From NCBI GenBank assembly GCA_038217285.1, contig JBBQPO010000010.1, positions 1-49,994 of the forward strand: a stretch of DNA of 49,994 nt, read 5' to 3'. Both the position numbers and the translations under genes were made by a program. Source of the stretch: Chthonomonadales bacterium. Its GTDB lineage: Bacteria; Armatimonadota; Chthonomonadetes; Chthonomonadales; Chthonomonadaceae. Each line of letters starts with the position of its first letter. Position 1 is the first letter of the stretch. Shown in pieces: positions 19,723 through 27,555 of the stretch. Below the pieces are notes generated by a model. It was given only the letters and a program-made list of their open reading frames with translations. It did no database searches and was not told the DNA's origin.

Positions 19723-19754
19723 GAGTCATAGCGTACCCCTAAAAATACGTTCCC
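19723..19754 (-). promoter_or_regulatory. Putative ECF promoter upstream of the lipoprotein gene
   Basis: Minus strand GGGAACGTATTTTTAGGGGTACGCTATGACTC. Confidence 0.45.
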
Positions 19755-19865
19755 GTGAAAAATCTTCAAAAAGCCTGGCGTTGAGAGAACCAAAGGCCCC
19801 TAGAAAGGAGGCCCTGGCCGACAGGCGTCACCTGCAGATGTCGAAAGGAAACAGAGGCGACCGGA

Positions 19866-20492
19866 TCAATAGTCAAGCTGCTGAAGGATCTTGCGGAGGC
19901 TGCTTAAACAGCGGGCACGGGTGGGTCCGATGCTGCCGACCGGCAGAGAGAGCTTCTCGGCGAGCTCTTGATAACTGAAGGGACTGTCGGTCGCATAGAG
20001 ATTCAGAAGGAGTTCGCGACAGCGATCCGGTAGGCGCATGACGGCTTCGCGCATCAGTTGCTGCTCTTCCAACGCCATGACCCCCGCCTCCGGGTCTCCT
20101 GCTCCCTGCTGGGGATGCAGGCTTACCGCGTTTTCCATCTCCCAGGCGCCGTCACCCAGTTCTGAGGCGAGGCTGACATTCCGCCTTCGCGCCACCCGCC
20201 ATACCTCGCGCTTGGTGGTAGAGATAAGCCAACTGGAAAGCTTGGTCGTATCCCGCACACCCGCCAGGTGATTAAACAGAACGAGGCAGACGTCCTGGAA
20301 TATATCCTCGGTATCCGCGTGCGAAACCCCCATGCGCAGGCATACGGAAAAGACCAGGGCTGCATAGCGGTCGATAAGCGCATCCCAGGCGGCTTTCTCG
20401 CCCGCCAGACAGGCCGAAATCAGATCCTGGTCCGAGGCGAGGCGATAAGACGAGGCTGTCGGCTCCTTTTTTTTGAAGGGCACATAGGGCAT
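19866..20492 (-). CDS. ECF RNA polymerase sigma factor
   Basis: SDQDLISACLAGEKAAWDALIDRY, DTEDIFQDV, SWLISTTKRE (region 2); LPDRCRELL...SYQELAEKLSLPVGSIGPTRARCL (region 4). Confidence 0.93.
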   Translation of the reverse strand: MPYVPFKKKEPTASSYRLASDQDLISACLAGEKAAWDALIDRYAALVFSVCLRMGVSHADTEDIFQDVCLVLFNHLAGVRDTTKLSSWLISTTKREVWRVARRRNVSLASELGDGAWEMENAVSLHPQQGAGDPEAGVMALEEQQLMREAVMRLPDRCRELLLNLYATDSPFSYQELAEKLSLPVGSIGPTRARCLSSLRKILQQLDY

Positions 20493-20669
20493 ACACAGAT
20501 ATTACCTTCGCCACAGCCTCTCTCCTGTATTCGCGGACGCTGGAGCCCTAAAATAGTTTCTCCACGAACGCTCCCACGACGTAAGAGGGTCGCTACAGAG
20601 ATAGGGGTTGGAAACGGAAGCGTCCTCGGATCTCAACGAATTCCAATCCCTACTTGCATGGACGTGTGC

Positions 20670-21578
20670 TTAGCGCGGCCCGACCGCGCTCCACCCCGGT
20701 ACGGGATTACTAGATGTTAGCCCGCCGCCTTGGAAAGTGACTCCATTCATGTACCAGACGACGAGGTGTCCGGTCTGCGAATCCTGGAACACAAAGTCGG
20801 GATTGTTGTCTCCGTTCACATCCGTCATTCCTACGATTTTGTAGTTCGCGCCGGGAACGTCGGGGAAGAGGCTTGCGCCGGTGACCGTCTGGCCTTTCAG
20901 GGTCCAGTAGGCGATCTGACTGCTTTGCGTGTTCTGGAACACAACGTCTCGACGCCCTGTGCCGGTAATGTCGGTTACCCCGACCACGTTCCAGCCTGTT
21001 ACTGGCGTTGCGTTGACCAGCCCACCACCAAGCAGCGTGGTCCCGTTCAATAGCCACACAGCGACCTCATGCGTCTGGGCATTCTGAAAGATCAGATCGA
21101 CATGCCCGTCCGCATTAAAGTCTCCCGCACCCGCCACCTGCCAGTTCGCTCCAGGAGAATCAGGTAGGACTTCGCTCCCGATGATATTGGCCCCATTCAT
21201 ATACCAGACAGCGATCCTGCCGGAGAGGGCGTTTTGAAAGATCAGATCGGTCTGTCCATCCGCGTTCATATCCGCTGTGGCAACCAGCTTCCAGTTCGAC
21301 GCGGGCGTGTAGTTTACAATCTGACCGCCGACCACTGTCTGACCGTTCATAGCCCAGAAAGCGATCTGATTGCTCTGCGCGTTCTGAAAGAAGATAGAGG
21401 AAGCCGGTGGAGCAACCGCGGGCGGCCCCGCTCCAGCCGCCAGCAGCGCCTTATAGACGTTGATCCTACCCGCACCTACGGCGATCAACCTGGTGAGGTA
21501 GGTGCTGTAACTGTCCACATTATTCAGGATCAAGTTGTAGACCTGCGTGTTGGTCAACGAGGGGTTGTGCGCAAGGAT
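20670..21578 (-). pseudogene. 5'-truncated S8 protease (C-terminal helix only) fused to an FG-GAP repeat module
   Basis: Frame starts abruptly after a TAA with ILAHNPSLTNTQVYNLI...GAGRINVYKAL (subtilase C-terminal end); no catalytic motifs or signal peptide; then about five FG-GAP units (D.N.DG..DLIFQ) ending VGPR. Confidence 0.8.
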
Positions 21579-21589
21579 TTAGACTTTTA

Positions 21590-22042
21590 GGTGCAGCGGC
21601 GCTGCTGTGCCTGCTGGTGAGCGGACTGTCGGCGTCGGCGCTGGCGCAACAGGGCGGTAGCGGTGGGGGCGGAGGCAACTCTCGGGTGAGCGGCACCACC
21701 CCTATCCGCTGGGACACGCCGCAACCGATCAACGGCGTAACACCCGTCGCGGTGGGTGGCGTGAACATCTCGACCTATATCACGACGATCAACCTGGATG
21801 TGCGGCTCACCTCCGTCAAGCTGCCCGACAATACACCGTTGACGGTGACCGTCTACGCGAACGACTACTTTACCGGGCTGCCCTGGCTTACCAAAACTGC
21901 CGGAACGATCACGTTGGTTCATCAGCGCGGCTCCCTTCTGGTATCGTCTCTGTGGGTGACGGCGCCACGCTTCCTGCCCATCGTGACCCGAGTCGAGGTG
22001 ACCCGAGCGGACGGAACCATCGTTGTCAGCGGCAAGCCCTGA
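21590..22042 (+). pseudogene. Secreted hypothetical protein, apparently lacking its start codon
   Basis: In-frame GAAALLCLLVSGLSASALA-QQGG reads as a signal-peptide h/c region, with no nearby in-frame ATG/RBS upstream; followed by a terminator. Confidence 0.6.
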
Positions 22043-22069
22043 ACCTTACGTGCAGCAGAAGCGATCCAA

Positions 22070-22107
22070 CGGGGAAGCCAGGAACACTCCTGGGCTTCCC
22101 CGCTTTG
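22070..22107 (+). terminator. Intrinsic terminator
   Basis: CGGGGAAGCCAGGA-ACAC-TCCTGGGCTTCCCCG followed by CTTTGT. Confidence 0.6.
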
Positions 22108-22272
22108 TCGGTAGGCGGCGGGAACCTGCTCGGATTTTTCCGGCATTCAGGCCCGTTCCCTGTCACGCTGCGTGTGCGCGTACGTTTTCTCTCTCTAAGC
22201 CGGAAGTCCAAGATCAGTCGCTTCCGTGCATGTTGTCAGCGCCCGACAACCGTTTCTTTAGAGGAGAAAGCC

Positions 22273-22731
22273 ATGAAAATCAGACATTCTGGGTGGACTG
22301 CCCTTCTGGGCGCGAGCGCTTTGCTGCTCGTCGTAGGCGTCAAGCCCGCCTACGCGCATGATGACGATGGTCACGATCAGATCCATAACAGGTTGGACCA
22401 GCATCACGATGACCTGCATAACCACCTGGATCAGAAGCACGACACCGCCCACGACCGCCTGGACCAGAAGCACCAGCGTGACCATGCTCGCCTGGAGCGG
22501 GAGCATCAGCGCTGGCACCAGCACAACGATAACCGAGACTGGGATAACGCCGACTATCAGGCCGCCCATGATCGTCTGCATGACCATCAGGATCAAAAGC
22601 ACGATCGTCAGCACCAGCAGCTCGACCGGCAGCACGACCGCGCCCATCAGCAAATCGACAGAGAGCACCAGCGTGCTCACACCTATATCGAAAACGATCA
22701 TCGCCGCTGGCATGAGGGCGATGACAACTAG
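22273..22731 (+). CDS. Secreted histidine-rich protein with 11-residue repeats
   Basis: RBS GAGGAG; signal peptide ending PAYA; two blocks of (HxxxHxxL/IDxx)4-HxRWH. Confidence 0.88.
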   Translation: MKIRHSGWTALLGASALLLVVGVKPAYAHDDDGHDQIHNRLDQHHDDLHNHLDQKHDTAHDRLDQKHQRDHARLEREHQRWHQHNDNRDWDNADYQAAHDRLHDHQDQKHDRQHQQLDRQHDRAHQQIDREHQRAHTYIENDHRRWHEGDDN

Positions 22732-22783
22732 ACCGAGTGCGACAATTCGCATCGGAGGCACAGACGCCTCAGAAAGACCTAAC

Positions 22784-23059
22784 ATGAAAACCTGGATACT
22801 GGCTGCGGCGGCTTTCGCCACACTTTCGAGTATGGCCCTGGCCGCGCCGCCACATAAACATAAGCATACGATGGAGAAGGCGGCTCTGATCTGCCCGGTG
22901 ACAGGCGAGAAGATCGCTTCGACGAAGGCAGCCGTCGGCCATAGCGTCTACAAAGGCAAAACCTACTACTTCTGCTGCGCCGGATGCAAGCCGCGCTTCG
23001 ACAAAGACCCTGCCACCTTCGTCAAGCACTCGAAGGCAGGTAAGTTCGAGAAGATGTAG
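22784..23059 (+). CDS. Secreted YHS/TRASH domain protein
   Basis: Signal peptide ending ALA; CPVTG...YKGKTYYFCCAGCKPRFDKDP. Confidence 0.9.
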   Translation: MKTWILAAAAFATLSSMALAAPPHKHKHTMEKAALICPVTGEKIASTKAAVGHSVYKGKTYYFCCAGCKPRFDKDPATFVKHSKAGKFEKM

Positions 23060-23100
23060 GCATCGTGCCTCGTCGATAACGCCAAAGCAACTTGCACCAG

Positions 23101-23127
23101 ACAGGCCGGGAAATCCCGGCCTGTTTT
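23101..23127 (+). terminator. Intrinsic terminator
   Basis: ACAGGCCGGG-AAAT-CCCGGCCTGT-TTT. Confidence 0.8.
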
Positions 23128-23201
23128 GCTGTCTTCTCTGGCCGCATCGAGAGGATCACTCGCCCGCAAACGACGATCCAGGGCAACCGGCCTGGGCCAT
23201 G

Positions 23202-23245
23202 TTGACGCCATATCTCCGGCTCGCTATAATGTAACCACAGTTACA
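23202..23245 (+). promoter_or_regulatory. Sigma70 promoter of the octaheme gene with an overlapping palindromic operator
   Basis: TTGACG-17 bp-TATAAT (23202-23230), then TGTAAC-CACA-GTTACA (23230-23245). Confidence 0.75.
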
Positions 23246-23309
23246 AGAAAAGAACCCTGACAGAAAGGGCGTATCTCCACCGCCCGTTTTCCGAAGCCGG
23301 AGTGATCCT

Positions 23310-24551
23310 ATGAAGCGAACTCTGTTCATCAGTACCCTGTGTCTCGTCATCGCTATCTTTGTCGGTCCTCGACTCCTGGGCCAGAACCAGGCGTTGCCGG
23401 CCGATGCGGTTCTGCCGCACCTCGATCAGAGCCAGTACATCGGCTCGCAGAAGTGCGCCGAGTGCCACAAGACCTACTACGAGAGCTGGAAAGAGAGCGC
23501 GCACAATAAGATGATCCGGCCCGCCATCCTCAACGGTCCGGGTAAAACCGTCGTGGCCGATTTCAGCAAGGCCGATCCCAATCGTCCCTTCGAACTCAAG
23601 GATGTGAAATGGGTCATCGGGCATCGCTGGAAGCAGCGTTTCATCGGCGTCGTCAGTGGAGAAGAGGTCGTTTTCCCCGGCCAGTGGAGCATTAAGGAGC
23701 AGAAGTGGCAGCCGTATACGGGCAAGGCCGACTGGTGGTATCCGCAGCATCCGGACTGGAAGACACGTTCCAATTTCAAGCTCTGCGCCGGCTGCCATAG
23801 CACTGGTGTTGACATCGGCAAGGGAACCTGGACCGAGCAGAACATCACCTGCGAAAGCTGCCACGGCCCCGGCAAAGTCCATGCAGAAAAGCCGACTAGC
23901 GCCAACATCGTCAATCCGGCGCGCCTGAGTACGGAGCGCTCGATGGAGGTCTGTCTCGCCTGCCATCAGGCCGGCAGACCGGCAGGCAACGAATACGCCT
24001 GGGCGGTCGGCTATCAGCCCGGAAAGAAGCTCTCCGACTACTGGCATGGGTTTGAGCCGGAGCCGGGCAAGCAGACCTCCGAGTTCTGGGGCAACGGCAC
24101 GGCCCATAAGAACAGGATTCAGGGCAACACCTTCTCGCACAGCGTTATGCATGCAAGCGGAATCCAGTGCTCGAACTGCCACGATTCGCACGGGTCACGG
24201 AACCTCTCGATGACCGTCAAATCGGCCTCGACGAATGCGCTCTGCCTCTCCTGTCACGGACCGGGCAAGCAGGTCGGTCCGAACTTCACCACCCTTTCCG
24301 AACATACCCACCACGCCGCGACAAGCACGGGCAGTCAGTGTATCGGCTGCCATATGCCCAAGACCGGGGAGAACTCGGTCGGAGCAGAATCGAGAGACCA
24401 CACGTTCAACTTCGTCTCTCCTGCCGTTTCCATGAGCAAACCGGACGCGACCGGCAAGACCGTTCCCAATAGCTGCAACCTCTGCCATGCGGACAAAACA
24501 GCGGACTGGGCGCTCAAACAGACGAAAGAGTGGTATCCCAAACTCAAGTGA
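23310..24551 (+). CDS. Secreted octaheme c-type cytochrome (c554/paired-CXXCH-like family)
   Basis: Eight CxxCH: CAECH, CAGCH, CESCH, CLACH, CSNCH, CLSCH, CIGCH, CNLCH; signal peptide. Confidence 0.92.
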   Translation: MKRTLFISTLCLVIAIFVGPRLLGQNQALPADAVLPHLDQSQYIGSQKCAECHKTYYESWKESAHNKMIRPAILNGPGKTVVADFSKADPNRPFELKDVKWVIGHRWKQRFIGVVSGEEVVFPGQWSIKEQKWQPYTGKADWWYPQHPDWKTRSNFKLCAGCHSTGVDIGKGTWTEQNITCESCHGPGKVHAEKPTSANIVNPARLSTERSMEVCLACHQAGRPAGNEYAWAVGYQPGKKLSDYWHGFEPEPGKQTSEFWGNGTAHKNRIQGNTFSHSVMHASGIQCSNCHDSHGSRNLSMTVKSASTNALCLSCHGPGKQVGPNFTTLSEHTHHAATSTGSQCIGCHMPKTGENSVGAESRDHTFNFVSPAVSMSKPDATGKTVPNSCNLCHADKTADWALKQTKEWYPKLK

Positions 24552-24736
24552 CGACCGGACTCTCCGCCCCTTTTTTCTGATCGGCGGAGTCAATCAAGGC
24601 GGTGTCGCCACCGACGGCTACAACGGCCTCATCGACCTCGTGAACTTGCTTCCTCTCGAATATTCACCTTCTCCCCACACGCCGGCGGCAACCCTTTTTC
24701 TGAAGCGGCGCGGCGAGAGCGGACGTAGTGCGGGGT

Positions 24737-26353
24737 ATGAACTTCTCGATAAACCCGATGTGGTTGCCAACACTGCTTCTTGCGATCGCGCTCTGCGGGT
24801 TGGGATTCCGGCTTGCCGTAAGACCTGCCTCGCGCGGCGTCCGAAAGGCCGCCATGGCACTGGCGGTCGCAGCATCGGTGCCTGGTCTGCTGATGGCCCT
24901 CTACTATGCGCATTTGTTCGACCGGACGCTCTGGTTTTACGAGTTTCGGGCGACCCCTTACAGCGAACTGACTGCGGTCGGACTGGGATGGGCGGGCGGG
25001 GTGGTCCTGGGAACGCTATGGCGCGGCCCTTTGCGGAGCGGATCGAAGTCCTTTGCCTGGATCGTGACAGGCCTGATGCTGTTCTGCCTGACAGGGCTGC
25101 TACTGGCCCCGTATGCGAAGTCCGTGATCACCCCCTTGCGGACGGCGATGCTGGACCGCTGGACGAACGGCGTCTGCCTCCAGACCACCCCTTCGACCTG
25201 CGGCGCGGCCAGCGCCGCCACCCTGCTACACCGGTTCGGACGCGCCGGTACCGAGCAGGAGTTGGCCCGCGAGTGCTTTACCTACGGCAGCGGGACGGAG
25301 AACTGGTATGTGGTGCGCGCTCTGCGCAGTCGCGGCCTACAGGTGCGCGTGGTACTCTCCTCGCCCCTGTCGGCTCCCCTGCCTTTTCCGTGTATCGCCG
25401 GCACACAGTATGGCGGGCGCGGCGGCTCCGGCCATTTCATCACCCTGCTGGGTCAGCAGGACGGGCGCACGCTCGTCGGAGACCCAATAGGCGGCCTCTA
25501 CCTTCTGACCCCGGAGGAGATACGCTCCCGCTACTACCTGACAGGCTTCTTCCTGGTCGCCACAGATCCCCTGCACTCTCCGGCCGATCCGGGGTCGAAC
25601 TCATCCTCCGGAACCTCCCTGTCGCTCTATCACCTGCAGGGCGCTGTCGAGCCGCTCCGCTATCGCTCCCGAACGTTCGGCGGGATGCGGCGGATGCGCG
25701 TCTACACGCCGCCGGGTTACGATCCGAACGGCACGGTGCGCTACCCGACGCTCTATCTCTTGACCGGCTATCCCGGCGATGAAACCAACTGGACCGATGT
25801 CGGGAACGCGCACACCCTGCTCGACACGCTGATTACGACCCGACAGTGCGTCCCGATGCTCCTCGTCATGCCGGACAGCGACCTCTCCCGCTGACGCCAG
25901 GGGCATCGCAAGTTCGAGCGCGACCTGTTGACCGACATCCTTCCCCTGATAGAGAGCCGCTACCGTGTACGGACAGACGCCGACAGTCGGGCCATCGCGG
26001 GACTGTCGATGGGCGGTTTCTACTCTGTCGAAATCGGCCTCAATCATCCGGAGACGTTCGCCTGGATCGGAGTCTTCAGCGCGGGCCTGCGGAAGGATTT
26101 CGTCACCGAAGCAAACATCACCGGACTGCGCGAAAGGTCGAATGGGGCGGACCAACCTCCGAAATTGTTCTATCTGCGGATCGGAAAGCGAGATTTCTTT
26201 CTCCCCGACGCCCGCCACCTCGACCGCTGGCTGACCCAGAAGTCGGTCCCGCACCTCTATCAAGAGGTAGAAGGCACACACGAATGGCTCGTCTGGAAAG
26301 CCGCCCTCGCCGATTTCGCTCCCCGTCTCTTTAAGGCTAATCTTGTCCCTTAA
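24737..26353 (+). pseudogene. Membrane C39-like cysteine peptidase fused to an alpha/beta-hydrolase esterase, interrupted by an in-frame TGA at 25892-25894
   Basis: About four TM helices; QTTPSTCGAASAA...GHF...VGDP (C39 Cys/His/Asp); RVYTPPGY...YPTLYLL...LVMPD, then after TGA in the same frame FERDLLTDILPLIE...RAIAGLSMGG...GTHEW (esterase). Confidence 0.82.
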
Positions 26354-26357
26354 ACCG

Positions 26358-26547
26358 CCGCCTCTCAAGGAGCGGCCTGTTCGGGACGGTTAAGGCCCAT
26401 AAATGGGCCTGGGAGGGCTGGAAAGCAGAACCAAGCTCCTCAATAAGGGAGCCTGACACCCTGTTTCCTCGCGCCATAGCCGCCGCTCACGTCGGATCTA
26501 GCCCCCTTTAGGGGGCTTACCGCATCAGAGCGCTCCTTGAGGGGCGG
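26358..26547. repeat. REPIN/MITE-like palindromic intergenic element
   Basis: 17-bp inverted repeats with one mismatch (26358-26374 and 26531-26547) enclosing hairpins AGGCCCATAAATGGGCCT and AGCCCCCTTTAGGGGGCT. Confidence 0.6.
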
Positions 26548-26625
26548 GAAGTAAAGCGTGAGGAGTACGCTCCTGCTCAAGGCAAATCTAAGGGATAAGA
26601 TAAGTCTTTTAAGGAGTTGTAGCGT

Positions 26626-26826
26626 CTAAAACTTACTGCGATTGCGCCGCCAGAATTCGCCTTCGGTCTTTAATTCCGCCGTCGCCGCGTCGATCTCACT
26701 TATAATCAGGTCTTTGTCTCGCATCGACTTGAGGCGTTTCGTCAAGGCACGATCCTGATAAGCGCGATACCACGAGTAGCCGCCGAGCATCACGACGACC
26801 AGCACGATCCAGAACAAGATTTCCAT
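26626..26826 (-). CDS. Small single-TM hypothetical protein (66 aa)
   Basis: RBS TAAGGAGG; MEILFWIVLVVVMLGGYSWYRAY... Confidence 0.75.
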   Translation of the reverse strand: MEILFWIVLVVVMLGGYSWYRAYQDRALTKRLKSMRDKDLIISEIDAATAELKTEGEFWRRNRSKF

Positions 26827-26944
26827 CCCTTGCCTCCTTATAAGATCTCCGTACTTCGCGGGGTCTTGGTGATTAACGACGACCAAATCACCATACAGGA
26901 TACCATCCCCTCTCAAATTCATTCTCTACGCAGGCCAGACAAGG

Positions 26945-26980
26945 CAACGGGCAGACAAGAGGAATCTTGCCTGCCCGTTG
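26945..26980 (-). terminator. Hairpin downstream of the 27002-27397 gene
   Basis: CAACGGGCAGACAAGA-GGAA-TCTTGCCTGCCCGTTG. Confidence 0.55.
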
Positions 26981-27001
26981 TGGATCTAAGAAACGAACTG
27001 G

Positions 27002-27397
27002 TTAGCCACGCTTATACGTGTAGTATTTGTGGCCGTTGCGGGTAACCGTTTTGCGAACATACCGGTGACCGCCGTGATTGTAGGAGGATCGACCGTAGTA
27101 GTTGGCGCGATCACGGTCGATCCTGCTCTGGCTCTTGCGATCATGCTCGTAACGGCTGAGCGAGTAGAGCGTTCCCGCCGCACCCAGAATTGAAACCGTT
27201 TTGTCATGCTTGATCAGGCCATAGGCCGTCGCCGCACCTGAGCCGATGGCGATATTGCGCCAGTCGTTCTTGGTCTTCTGGCGATGATGCGAGGCTTTGT
27301 CCGCAGAGGTCTGCGCGCTGGCTACGATCGGCGCGGCCATGCTGACAGCGCATACTGCAGCGGCGACGAGAGTAGCATATATTCCATTTCGTTTCAT
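27002..27397 (-). CDS. Secreted basic hypothetical protein with a glycine-zipper-like segment
   Basis: RBS AAGGAG; signal peptide ending ASA; WRNIAIGSGAATAYGL...LGAAGTLY; Arg/Tyr-rich tail. Confidence 0.8.
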   Translation of the reverse strand: MKRNGIYATLVAAAVCAVSMAAPIVASAQTSADKASHHRQKTKNDWRNIAIGSGAATAYGLIKHDKTVSILGAAGTLYSLSRYEHDRKSQSRIDRDRANYYGRSSYNHGGHRYVRKTVTRNGHKYYTYKRG

Positions 27398-27555
27398 TGT
27401 AAACTCCTTGTTTCCCATAGACATCCGGATCTATGAGCGTCCTATACACTTCCCGATAACGACAGCGGATCGGGATCGTGACTATCAGGTAAGTCGCCGC
27501 CGGCGGAAGAAATGTTCCCGCATTTGCCGGTACGCTTCGAGGGGGATGCAGATTC

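Noticed and set aside
14808-20492. Type III-E CRISPR (Craspase) locus
   Set aside because: No Cas7-11, other cas gene or array in the window; only the TPR-CHAT plus sigma logic is analogous.
24487-25782. 431-aa alternative-frame ORF
   Set aside because: Arg/Pro-rich out-of-frame overlap of the C39 fusion gene with no motifs.
25892-25930. Selenocysteine recoding of the TGA
   Set aside because: The site is a variable loop of an esterase with no expected catalytic Cys, and the downstream hairpin is weak; a nonsense change or error is simpler.
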